The notes beneath the pieces were generated by a model. The model was not told the DNA's origin and did no database searches. It saw only the letters and a list, made by a program, of their open reading frames with translations. A DNA stretch of 64,000 bases, taken from assembly GCA_016932015.1 (NCBI GenBank), contig JAFGDQ010000063.1, positions 2,658 to 66,657 of the forward strand, in the 5' to 3' direction. The DNA comes from Spirochaetota bacterium. GTDB lineage: Bacteria > Spirochaetota > UBA4802 > JAFGDQ01. The translations under genes were made by a program, and so were the position numbers. Shown here in pieces: positions 51,859-61,150 of this stretch (within the stretch, counting starts at the first letter, position 1; every line of letters starts with the position of its first letter).

Positions 51859-52728
51859 ATGAAAAGAATATATCTATTAATAATATTACTGCTGACATTT
51901 TCTTCCGGATGTACGGAAGGTACTGATCCGTCTCTTTTAAAAGGGCATGACATTCCTGCTGTACAGCCTGAAAGAATTATTTCGCTTGCTCCGGCTATTA
52001 CTGAAGAACTTTATCTGCTCGGCGCGCAGAATATTCTGATTGCCAATACATATTACTGCAAGCGGCCTGATGATGCTGTAAAGAAAGAAAAGATCGGCAA
52101 TTTAAAGAATTTTGATATTGAACTTATTCTGGAACTGAAACCTGATTTAATTCTCTGTACAATGCTTGCAAACAGGAACAAGACAACAAAGCTGAAGCAG
52201 CTTGGAATTAAGGTTGTTGAGTTCCCGCCTCCGACAAGTTTTGATGAGATCTGCGAAAATTTCCTGAACCTTGGAAAGACCATTGGTAAAAAAGAAAAAG
52301 CGGAAGAAATTATTTCAGATATAAGGGGCAGGATTGATGTCATAAAAAACCGCACAGCTAAATTGCCCTCTAAAAAGATATTTATGCAGATCGGAGCCAA
52401 CCCTCTTGTAACTGTTCATAGGGATTATTTTATTAATGATTATATAAAATACAGCGGCGGAATAAACATAGCGGGAAATGCGGCATCCAATCGTTATAAC
52501 AGGGAAAATGTTCTGTTGGGAAATCCTGATGTGATAGTTATTGTAAATATGGGAATCGCGAGTGATGAAGAGAAAAAATTGTGGGAGAAATATACAACCA
52601 TTACAGCGGTCAGGAATAAGGATATTTATGTAGTGGATTCTGACGTATTCTGCAATCCTACTATCAGCACGTTTTTTGAATCTTTGAAAATACTGACCGG
52701 GTTTCTTCATCCGGAGCTGGAAATATAA
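51859..52728 (+). CDS. Cobalamin/iron-chelate ABC substrate-binding lipoprotein (BtuF-like)
   Basis: Lipobox SSG-C after ATG 51859, RIISLAPAITE, LKPDL, GGINI, NPDVI; cbiZ fusion nearby. Confidence 0.85.
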   Translation: MKRIYLLIILLLTFSSGCTEGTDPSLLKGHDIPAVQPERIISLAPAITEELYLLGAQNILIANTYYCKRPDDAVKKEKIGNLKNFDIELILELKPDLILCTMLANRNKTTKLKQLGIKVVEFPPPTSFDEICENFLNLGKTIGKKEKAEEIISDIRGRIDVIKNRTAKLPSKKIFMQIGANPLVTVHRDYFINDYIKYSGGINIAGNAASNRYNRENVLLGNPDVIVIVNMGIASDEEKKLWEKYTTITAVRNKDIYVVDSDVFCNPTISTFFESLKILTGFLHPELEI

Positions 52729-52802
52729 CTCTTTTTAATAGGTTAGTTAAGAAATTATTGCATTGTTACAGGATTTCGTTCAGTTCAGACACTGTGTCTG
52801 CG

Positions 52803-52945
52803 ATGGAAGGACAGGTCACAGGGCTTGAAGGAGATACAGACATACCTGGAAGGACTGCTCACCAGGCTGGAATGACAGGTGAATAGTCTGGAAGGACGGC
52901 AAATTCAGCTGGAATGGAGTGCGTTTATGCCGGATGAAAATCCGG
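52803..52945 (+). repeat. Six degenerate ~21-bp GGA-rich units plus terminal GAAA-loop hairpin
   Basis: Units begin at 52803, 52824, 52846, 52867, 52888 and 52909 with consensus CTGGAA(G/T)GA; hairpin CCGGAT-GAAA-ATCCGG at 52930-52945. Confidence 0.7.
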
Positions 52946-53006
52946 ATATTTAATAAATAAATTTATAGAAGATATATATAGAAACAATTACCCTGAAATA
53001 ATCAAA

Positions 53007-54023
53007 ATGAGTATAAGAAAAAAAAAGAAATGGGCGCTCCTGCTGGCAGGTATTGTACTGGCTTTATTCATAATATCTTTTCTGTCGCTGGTAATAGGAA
53101 CTAAGGATATTAAAATTACCGACGTCTTCTCAATTGCGCTTAACGGGAAAGGTACTACGGAATACAGCATACTGTTTGATATCCGTCTGCCGAGAATCCT
53201 GATGGGGTTCGCGATAGGCGGGGCGCTGAGTCTGGCCGGAGCAATACTGCAGGGTATTTTCCGCAATCCTCTTGTTGAACCGTATACTCTTGGTATTTCA
53301 GGAGGTGCCACTCTCGGAGTAAGCCTTAATCTTGTTTTCGGCATAAGCCGTTCTTTCGGAATCCTTTCAATGCCTCTGTTCGGATTTCTGGGGGCATTTT
53401 TCGTTATTCTTATATTATATTCTCTCAGCCTTAAAAAGGGTGTTATAAAGATGAACGGCCTGCTGCTGACAGGTGTTATGATAAGCTTTGTTTCATCAAG
53501 CCTGCTGATGCTGCTTCAGTCCATTACCACTGCAGAAGACCTTCAGGGCATTATATTCTGGATTATGGGCTCTCTTGATGAGTCAAACTGGCTTCTTATT
53601 AAAATGTGCCTGTGTGTTTCTATAGCGGGGCTTCTTCTATCATATATATTATGCCTTGACCTTAATGCTCTTGCTCTCGGAGAAGAGGAGGCGCTGCATC
53701 TCGGCATTTCAGTCGAAAGGTCCAAGCGTTTTTTCTTCATCATTGCCTCGGTTCTTACAGGACTAAGCGTATCGCTTGCCGGAGTAATTGCTTTTGTAGG
53801 CCTTATTGTACCGCATTTTCTTCGCATGTTTATTGGCGGTGATCACAGGATACTGCTGGTTTCCTCCTATCTCGCGGGAGCAGGGTTTCTGATTTTCTGC
53901 GATACTCTTTCAAGAACAATAGCTGCCCCTCTGGAACTGCCGGTGGGAGTTGTTACAGGGATTATTGGCGGCAGCTTTTTTGTTTATGCTATAAGCAGAA
54001 GGGGGCTCCTGTGGGAGAACTGA
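53007..54023 (+). CDS. FecCD/BtuC-family ABC permease
   Basis: IRLPR, RNPLVEPYTLGISGGA, GEEEALHLG, FVGLIVPH, ELPVG. Confidence 0.92.
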   Translation: MSIRKKKKWALLLAGIVLALFIISFLSLVIGTKDIKITDVFSIALNGKGTTEYSILFDIRLPRILMGFAIGGALSLAGAILQGIFRNPLVEPYTLGISGGATLGVSLNLVFGISRSFGILSMPLFGFLGAFFVILILYSLSLKKGVIKMNGLLLTGVMISFVSSSLLMLLQSITTAEDLQGIIFWIMGSLDESNWLLIKMCLCVSIAGLLLSYILCLDLNALALGEEEALHLGISVERSKRFFFIIASVLTGLSVSLAGVIAFVGLIVPHFLRMFIGGDHRILLVSSYLAGAGFLIFCDTLSRTIAAPLELPVGVVTGIIGGSFFVYAISRRGLLWEN

Positions 54024-54817
54024 TTCTTGAAATAAATGGCCTGTCCTGCGGTTACGGTACTGAAGATATTCTGCATGATATAAATTTTACCGTGAGTAAA
54101 GGCGATATTGTCAGCATAATCGGCCCCAACGGTTCCGGAAAAACCACTCTATTCAGGGCCCTGACCAGAATTCTAAAGCCTTCAGCCGGGAAGATTTTTT
54201 TTCAGGGAAAGGATCTAGGTCATATGACTTACAGGGAGATGGCAAAAAAGATTGCGGTCGTTTCCCAGGAGATTGAATCCGCATGGCTGACTGTTGAGGA
54301 ATATATTATGATGGGAAGGATTCCGTATTTTGAGAGGTATCAGTTCTTTGAAACAAGCGATGATATTTCCATAACGGAAAGATACATGAAAATGACAGGA
54401 GTCGATCATCTTCGGAAGAAGTCTATGAGTGAAATCAGCGGCGGGGAACGGCAGCTGGTGGCTATAACAAAAGCTCTTACTCAGGAACCGGAATTGCTCC
54501 TTCTGGATGAACCTACTTCACATCTTGACATTACACATCAGGTGGGAATACTTGATCTTGTAAAAAAGCTTAATTCGGAATACGGCATTACTGTTATTAT
54601 GATTGTGCATGACCTTAATCTTGCGAGTGAATACTGCAATAAACTGATAATGATCAGCAGCGGATCCGTATATAATCAGGGAACTCCGCAGGATGTCATT
54701 ACATATGAGGCACTTGAGGAAGTTTATAACACGGTGGTTATTGTTGAAAAAAATCCTCTCTCAGACAAGCCTTATGTACTGCTTGTATCTGAAGAGGACA
54801 GAAAAAGATTTTTGTAA
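54011..54817 (+). CDS. BtuD/FepC-family ABC ATPase
   Basis: GPNGSGKT, ISGGERQ, LDEPTSHLD, HDLNLA. Confidence 0.92.
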   Translation: MGELILEINGLSCGYGTEDILHDINFTVSKGDIVSIIGPNGSGKTTLFRALTRILKPSAGKIFFQGKDLGHMTYREMAKKIAVVSQEIESAWLTVEEYIMMGRIPYFERYQFFETSDDISITERYMKMTGVDHLRKKSMSEISGGERQLVAITKALTQEPELLLLDEPTSHLDITHQVGILDLVKKLNSEYGITVIMIVHDLNLASEYCNKLIMISSGSVYNQGTPQDVITYEALEEVYNTVVIVEKNPLSDKPYVLLVSEEDRKRFL

Positions 54818-54827
54818 TTAACCGGAC

Positions 54828-56921
54828 TCAGTATCCGGTTTTTACCCTGTATACTGCTCCTGTCAATAATCCGGAAAGCGCTGTATTGAGCGGCGAATTT
54901 TTATCATTATCAATATTCACCCTGATCAGCCTGATGATTTTTTTGCCGTAAATTTTTTCCGCGATTGAGAGGCTCCATTCGTTGAAACAGGATACATTGC
55001 GAATCTGATTTTTTTTCCATGCATCGGACATTGCCAGTGCAGCTTCAAGGAAGCCTGCAATCTCTTTGTCCTGAATAGCAATCTCCATGCAGGCTGTCAG
55101 CTCATTGCGTTTATTTGCCGGTATTTTTTCACCGGCATACGCAGCAAGCTTTTGAATGGTTATCTTTCTTTCCCTGAGCCTGTCAAATACGGATCGTGAA
55201 GGCTTTACCTTGTTCTGCATACCGACTGCTTCAATAACGGCTGTGTAGACAGCTTTGCCGATCAGCTCGCCCATCTTTGTGTGTCCGCCCGTGGAATCCA
55301 CGAACATGCCTTCGCCGCTTACAACTATGATATTGTCCGTGCCTGTCCCGGTTGCCTGATTATCAAGCGGCGTGTATGAGCTGCGGATATCCATATCCTG
55401 AAGCGCTGCTGTTTTTGCTTCTGTCGCTGTTACTATAGCGCGCGCCATTGCACCTCCGGACAGTCCGGTATTTGATAGAATTATCATATTGACGGTGCCG
55501 TGAGGGTAGTACTGTCCCTCGTCTCTGGACTGGCGCTGCGCGTTTCCCATGACTCCTGCGGTAACAAGCGCGTATACTTTAAAGTCTTTGTACTCTCTGG
55601 ACACGACAGCGAGATTATCCAGGTCTGCTCCTGTCATGAGAAAACTTGAAGAATCCGGTTCTGCGTTAACCGCATTGCATATTTTTTTCTCCAGCGATTC
55701 CAGGGTGATATTGTGCCCGTCATTCCATCTTGGAGGTGAAAGGAAGTGATTGCCGATTGTGTCGGCCTGTTTAAGGCCTGTAAGTGTTGAAAGGACATCA
55801 AATTTCTTTTTTAATTTTATGACCAGTGTCTTGTGCTCAAAATCATCGACAGTTCCGTATTTAACGGAAGCATTGCTTACATAAGGAATATCAAGTTTGA
55901 TCTGTTTTTTTCTTGTTGATCCGTCTTTCTTTAGGGGAGCTCCTGAAAAGTAAATATCTCCGTAAAGGCAGGCTGACAGATATTCGGCAAAGGCAGCGTA
56001 ATTTACGGAAGGCCTGCATGTGTGATTGCAGTTAAAAGATCTGTGCTGCCTGTTTTTTACAGCGCTTACATCTTTCCAGCCTTTCAGGGAGCTGAGATCG
56101 GACCACATTTTTGCGGAATCGCCGCAGCTGTAAACAAACTGAGGGTCAAACTTTTTCCATTCCTCAAGGCTCAGCTGAACAGACTGGCCTTTCCTGCCTG
56201 TCTTAATCGGGATTCCTCCTGCTAACCTGACGGTCTCTATCTGAAAAGAATCATCTCCCGGAACCAGGAGCTTTTTTCCGTCAAAGCCCATCAGTCTGAT
56301 TACCCTGAGGCGTTTGCTCTGCGGTACAGCAGATGCTTTTTTCTGAGTGCCGGCGATCTTCGCTTTCATTTCACTGATGATTTTTTCAGCGTTGTTTTCC
56401 TTGTGTAAAAGTCGGCCGATTATTTCTATATTTTTGTAAATGCTTTCAGGATTATTTGCTTCCAATATGATTACATGTGTGCCGGAATCTTTATATAACT
56501 CATGAACGTTCTTATGTATTGAGGCTGCTATAACAACATCCGGCTTTAGTGATTTTAATTTATCCGTGTCAGGAATGCGAAAGCCGCCTAATATTTCAGC
56601 TTTTTCCGCAACATACATATTCGAGTCATATACTGTCACACCTCTGAGCCTGTATTCAGGCTTTACTGCTTCTATAATTTCCGTTACTGCCGGTACAAGT
56701 GAAATTGCAACTGCCGGAATTCTTTTAAAATTTACCGGCTTGCCGTAAATGTCATAGAGAATATTGTTTTTATACTCTGATGCTGTACTGCCTGATTCAT
56801 TATTGCATTCACATTCGGCAGCGGATACTGATGAAATAAAAATATTTACAGACTGAAAATTTAAAGTTAAAAAAACTGCTATTGCAGTAATCAGAATTTT
56901 ATTGAAAATTTTCCGGTTCAT
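54828..56921 (-). CDS. cbiZ: Exported BtuF-like binding domain fused to adenosylcobinamide amidohydrolase (CbiZ)
   Basis: Signal-like N-terminus; ISLVPAVTE/LKPDVV binding domain; CbiZ motifs LMTGA, VTAGVMGNA, GTVN, ATEAKTAAL, ATGTGTD. Confidence 0.85.
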   Translation of the reverse strand: MNRKIFNKILITAIAVFLTLNFQSVNIFISSVSAAECECNNESGSTASEYKNNILYDIYGKPVNFKRIPAVAISLVPAVTEIIEAVKPEYRLRGVTVYDSNMYVAEKAEILGGFRIPDTDKLKSLKPDVVIAASIHKNVHELYKDSGTHVIILEANNPESIYKNIEIIGRLLHKENNAEKIISEMKAKIAGTQKKASAVPQSKRLRVIRLMGFDGKKLLVPGDDSFQIETVRLAGGIPIKTGRKGQSVQLSLEEWKKFDPQFVYSCGDSAKMWSDLSSLKGWKDVSAVKNRQHRSFNCNHTCRPSVNYAAFAEYLSACLYGDIYFSGAPLKKDGSTRKKQIKLDIPYVSNASVKYGTVDDFEHKTLVIKLKKKFDVLSTLTGLKQADTIGNHFLSPPRWNDGHNITLESLEKKICNAVNAEPDSSSFLMTGADLDNLAVVSREYKDFKVYALVTAGVMGNAQRQSRDEGQYYPHGTVNMIILSNTGLSGGAMARAIVTATEAKTAALQDMDIRSSYTPLDNQATGTGTDNIIVVSGEGMFVDSTGGHTKMGELIGKAVYTAVIEAVGMQNKVKPSRSVFDRLRERKITIQKLAAYAGEKIPANKRNELTACMEIAIQDKEIAGFLEAALAMSDAWKKNQIRNVSCFNEWSLSIAEKIYGKKIIRLIRVNIDNDKNSPLNTALSGLLTGAVYRVKTGY

Positions 56922-57360
56922 TTAATATTTCCTTAAGCTGGATTATTTTAAATTACAAATCCCCGGTACGGATTAATCTGAGGATTCAGTTTAAGTTTGT
57001 TACAGATGTTTGAATGTAATCTCTGACAATTAAAGCTATAGCATAAAACTATTGCTATAAAACAATAATGCAGAATTATCTGCAGTGGTTTTTAGACTAT
57101 TGAAAATTAAAATAGGAACAAATTAATATTTATAGAAACAGGAACAATTGAAAATAATGTCAAGAGATATTATTCAGGTGTTAAATGTAAAATCGATTGT
57201 GCTGGAATTATTTTATGTGTGGCTCTGAAATTTTAGATCAGCATTATTAATAATTCATTTAAAATATGGCTACCGGTAATTATAATTTTCTTGTAATTTT
57301 GAGTTTTATCAAACATAATTCCGGTATGATCATATGTTTTGTTTTTTTATTCCTTCTTTT

Positions 57361-57405
57361 GAGAAACGGCTTTTGTTTATTGATTGATAACAGCTGAATA
57401 GTTAC
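57361..57405 (-). repeat. Partial copy of MITE-like element (reverse orientation)
   Basis: Reverse complement is 39/45 identical to 61899-61943. Confidence 0.75.
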
Positions 57406-57426
57406 AATAGAAAGATAAAAAAAGAG

Positions 57427-57454
57427 TTGAAAACAATAGTGTAATTATTACAAT
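57427..57454 (+). promoter_or_regulatory. Putative peroxiredoxin promoter overlapped by a Per/Fur-box-like palindrome
   Basis: TTGAAA-N16-TACAAT, overlapped by TGTAAT-T-ATTACA (57440-57452). Confidence 0.4.
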
Positions 57455-57535
57455 ATTGTTGTTGTTTTATACTTATGATGTAGAAGTCTTTAGTTTCGCA
57501 TCAGCATTGAAAAAATATTTTTACAGGAGGTTCAT

Positions 57536-58261
57536 ATGCCGGAAGAATTTAAACCGGGTTGTCAAAGACCAAAAGGCGGCCCCGTAGGCGGAGACACTGC
57601 AGCAGCAGATTCCGCGGAACAAACAATACAGAAGGAGGTAAAGAGACCTATGATAAAGGTCGGACAAAAAGCACCTGATTTTTCAGCACCCGCTTATTTA
57701 AAAGGAAAATTTGTTGAAGTTAAACTTTCGGAATACCTTGGAAAATGGGTAATACTATGTTTTTATCCGGGAGACTTTACCTTTGTTTGAGCAACCGAAA
57801 TTTCGGCGGTCGCCGAAAAGAATCCCGAGTTTGAAAAACTTGGAGTATCTGTTCTTTCAATGAGTGTTGACAGCATCTATGTTCATAAAATGTGGAATGA
57901 TCATGAATTATCGAAAATGGTGGACGGCGGTGTGCCTTTCCCGATGCTTTCAGATGGAGGCGGAATGGTAGGCACTGCTTATGGAGTATATGATGCTGAT
58001 TCCGGAGTGAATACAAGAGGCAGATTTATTATTGACCCGGACGGTATTATACAGGGGTTTGAAGTTCTTACTCCTTCGGTCGGCAGAAATGTTGCCGAGT
58101 CATTGCGCCAGGTTCAGGCCTTCCAGCTTGTAAGGGAAAAGAAAGGAACTGAAGCAACGCCATCAGGCTGGAAGCCCGGTAAAATGACTCTCAAGCCTGC
58201 ACCGGATCTGGTAGGCAATGTCTGGAAAGAGTGGAAGACCAGCATGGCTTTTGACGACTAA
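57536..58261 (+). CDS. prxU: Selenocysteine-containing peroxiredoxin (AhpC/Prx1 family), 241 aa with UGA=Sec at 57788-57790
   Basis: The two track ORFs are in frame across a single TGA that falls exactly on the peroxidatic residue ([13 protein letters not shown]); SECIS-like hairpin follows; GGAGG RBS before 57536. Confidence 0.92.
57801..57818 (+). promoter_or_regulatory. Bacterial SECIS element
   Basis: TTTCGGC-GGTC-GCCGAAA stem starting after a 10-nt gap from the UGA; GGUC apical loop. Confidence 0.8.
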
Positions 58262-58284
58262 TATCCTTATTGGAAATGTTCGAT

Positions 58285-58318
58285 TACATGCTCATGACAT
58301 TAATTTCATGAGCATGTA
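58285..58318. terminator. Hairpin between convergent genes
   Basis: TACATGCTCATGA-CATTAATT-TCATGAGCATGTA, 13-bp stem. Confidence 0.7.
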
Positions 58319-58387
58319 TCAACAGAGAATTCCAAAGTAAAAAATTAAGCGTTCACTTAAAATAATCTTCAGTAAAAATGCAGTATG

Positions 58388-60115
58388 TTAAATACTGTTT
58401 TTCTGCGATTGTTCAGCCATGGCAACATTCCTGTAATTTTTGTTTGAACTTAACGCCCAGAGAGCTGTTTCCATTTTCCTTGTATGCATGAGTGTTTTTA
58501 AAAAGGTTTTTAAAAGATTAAACCTGGAATATAAGCGCGATTTGTTCTCTTTTATCCGCATGCAGAATTCATCATTATTCATACGCTTCATTTTATAAGT
58601 CAGGTCACCCATATCAAACCGTGTCCAGTCTTCGGGATATGACCTGTATAAAATCCTGTTTTCATCTGCATACTGTTTGTAGAGTCTTGTACCGGGCAGG
58701 GGGGTTAATATCGTTGACTGAATCACGTCAATTGAGTGGCTTAGAATATAATCGGTTTTTCTTCTCATCGATTCTGCTGTTTCGAAGTCCGATCCGTAAA
58801 TAAAAGCTCCAAGTACAGCTATGCCCGCGTCATTTATGTTCTTAAAAGCTGTATCATATTCTGTTTTCAGGTTTAATTTTTTATCCATTGTTTCAAGTTC
58901 CTCAGGATCAGCTGATTCAAGTCCAAGGAAAACCATTTTGCACCCGCTTTTTCCCGCCCATTTTAATACCTCGCGGTTGCAGCCGAAATTTATGGACGCC
59001 TGACAGAACCATACTTTGTTTAACTTCCGGTCAACCATTCCTTTAAACAGGTCGATTGCGCGCTGTTCTGATCCGGGCCCGTATCCGAGAATATTGTCAT
59101 CAATGAAAAACATGTATCTGTTTTTTATAGTTTCGAGTTCAAATAGAATATCGTCAACAGGACGCTGGCGGTATTTTCTGCCGTTAAACGCTGATACTGA
59201 GCAGAAGTAGCAGTCCATCGGGCAGCCGCGGGAAGTCTGAATTGTCGAAAAGAGGTAACGGTTGCTGAAAAGATCCCTGCGCGGCAGTATGTATTCAGTA
59301 AGATCAGCCGGAGTTCCGTGATATATACTTTCCAGGCTGCCTTTACTGAAATCTTTGATTACCTTAGGCCATACGGATTCAGCCTCTCCTGTTACAACAG
59401 CGTCCACGTATTTTAAAGCTTCTTCCGTACACATTGTTGCGTGTATTCCGCCCATAATTACTGGAATATTTTTTCCCCTGTAAACTGCCGCAATTTCGTA
59501 CGCTCTTGGAGCTGATGAAGTGAATGCGGTAATACCTACAAGATCAGCTTCTTTAAACTGAAATTCATCAAAGTTTTCATCAATAATTTCTATCTGAAAG
59601 TCTGCGGGTGTCAGTGCGGCAATTATCCCAAGTCCGAGAGGAGGGAATGCTGAAGAGGTGTTTACAGTCAGGCCGGTCCTTTCATTGTTTACAGGATTGA
59701 TTAAAAGGAGTCTCGGGCCTGTTTTTCTTTCAGATTTTATATCGCCGTTTGAAAATTCATTTCGCAGGTTTCTCACTGTAAGGAATATACCGGTAAAATA
59801 AGCGACAATGCTTACTGTAAAAAACAATGAGAACATCAGAATCATTTCCGTTTCCCGCGGAATCATAACAGCTGTTGTTATCAGAGTCGGAACCGAGAAG
59901 CAGATAAACGGCGTGAGATACGGCGTTCTGCTTCCGATTTTTATTACAGGTTCTTTATTGGTAACAGTCTCTTTAATTCCTATTATAGTTATCATAACAT
60001 AAAAGAAAAAGAACATCAGCATCTGGATTTTTATATTGAACGGCATTGAAATCATTGTTCCTGGTACTGTGATCAAAAGGAATATTATAAGTGGAATAAA
60101 GTATTTGATTTTCAT
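58388..60115 (-). CDS. B12-binding radical SAM protein with N-terminal membrane domain
   Basis: About 4 N-terminal TMs; PPLGL, MGGIHAT, GEAE B12 domain; SRGCPMDCYFC; FIDDN, GLES, TPLPGT. Confidence 0.9.
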   Translation of the reverse strand: MKIKYFIPLIIFLLITVPGTMISMPFNIKIQMLMFFFFYVMITIIGIKETVTNKEPVIKIGSRTPYLTPFICFSVPTLITTAVMIPRETEMILMFSLFFTVSIVAYFTGIFLTVRNLRNEFSNGDIKSERKTGPRLLLINPVNNERTGLTVNTSSAFPPLGLGIIAALTPADFQIEIIDENFDEFQFKEADLVGITAFTSSAPRAYEIAAVYRGKNIPVIMGGIHATMCTEEALKYVDAVVTGEAESVWPKVIKDFSKGSLESIYHGTPADLTEYILPRRDLFSNRYLFSTIQTSRGCPMDCYFCSVSAFNGRKYRQRPVDDILFELETIKNRYMFFIDDNILGYGPGSEQRAIDLFKGMVDRKLNKVWFCQASINFGCNREVLKWAGKSGCKMVFLGLESADPEELETMDKKLNLKTEYDTAFKNINDAGIAVLGAFIYGSDFETAESMRRKTDYILSHSIDVIQSTILTPLPGTRLYKQYADENRILYRSYPEDWTRFDMGDLTYKMKRMNNDEFCMRIKENKSRLYSRFNLLKTFLKTLMHTRKMETALWALSSNKNYRNVAMAEQSQKNSI

Positions 60116-60129
60116 TATGTTCTCCTGTA

Positions 60130-60834
60130 TTAATTTGTGCCTGAATTGTTAATCTTTACAAGTTCGCTGCAGCCGCCTTCAGGCATGTTTTCAATTTTTA
60201 CTATGTAATGGTGTTCGTCATTTGATATATAATAATATGCTTTGTAAAACATGCCTTTCCATCCGCTTAATGAAAAGAGCACTTTCCTGCACTTGAAATT
60301 CCCTGCTTTTACCGCAACTGTAGTTTCTCCTTCAACCTGAAAGTACATTCTGTACGCGGCCAGTTCCGGTAGCTTGTCGCATTGTATAAGGTCGAATTCA
60401 TATTTTTCCTCAGATGAGAGATCGAGAGTCCTTGCTATAAGCGCGTTTTCAGCCGATACATTCTCTGAAAATGTCCCGTTCTTTTCTGTAATTCCGTTAT
60501 TGTTTTCCAAAACCAATATCACTGACCCTTCTCCGGTGAAAGTAAATGACGCAGATGATTCCGCATTAGTCCGGATTATTTTCCGGGGAATCGCATCCTT
60601 GTCTGTGATAACTTTAAATGTATGATCTTTATCATAATGAATATATGAATAGAATAATACCCCGTTTTTCTTTTCAAAATTGTAGACCGTTTTTGAAGTA
60701 TACGGGTCTCCTTTTTCCGGATGAACTTTGTAAACCAGGACTTCATTATTGCTGATTATGGTTTCCGGAGCGGAAAACAGATCAAATTCCGCCATCAGCA
60801 GAATCAGAAATACCGAATATTTAATGAATTTCAT
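60130..60834 (-). CDS. Exported hypothetical protein (DUF3108-like C-terminus)
   Basis: Signal peptide; GETTVAVKAGNFKC motif. Confidence 0.6.
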   Translation of the reverse strand: MKFIKYSVFLILLMAEFDLFSAPETIISNNEVLVYKVHPEKGDPYTSKTVYNFEKKNGVLFYSYIHYDKDHTFKVITDKDAIPRKIIRTNAESSASFTFTGEGSVILVLENNNGITEKNGTFSENVSAENALIARTLDLSSEEKYEFDLIQCDKLPELAAYRMYFQVEGETTVAVKAGNFKCRKVLFSLSGWKGMFYKAYYYISNDEHHYIVKIENMPEGGCSELVKINNSGTN

Positions 60835-61150
60835 TTAAGTCTCCCTGTATGTTTTATATCTTCATTATAATTATCAGAATGACCGGCGGCATTATATATT
60901 TGGCAAGAAGACAATATTGAAGGGTAAGCCGACAATTAATATCGGTAACTTGTCTGCCTTTTGAAGTGTAGACAAAGAAAATAAAACAGTTAAATAACCA
61001 TTGTTTCCAATTCATTATTTTTAAATAATAAATTTTAAAAAGACTCACTTCAAAAATCCCTTGCTAATTTGAATGTAAAACTTCATCCTGATTAGCGGGA
61101 AATTATCGAAAATCATAGAGTTGTGAATAGTTATAATCAGGAGAATAAAA

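Noticed and set aside
52803-52929. CRISPR array
   Set aside because: The conserved part is only ~9 bp with ~12-bp variable parts, far too short, and no cas genes are present.
57536-58261. Two separate ORFs or a nonsense pseudogene of ahpC
   Set aside because: The TGA lies exactly at the catalytic position and is followed by a SECIS-like hairpin, so Sec readthrough is the simpler explanation.
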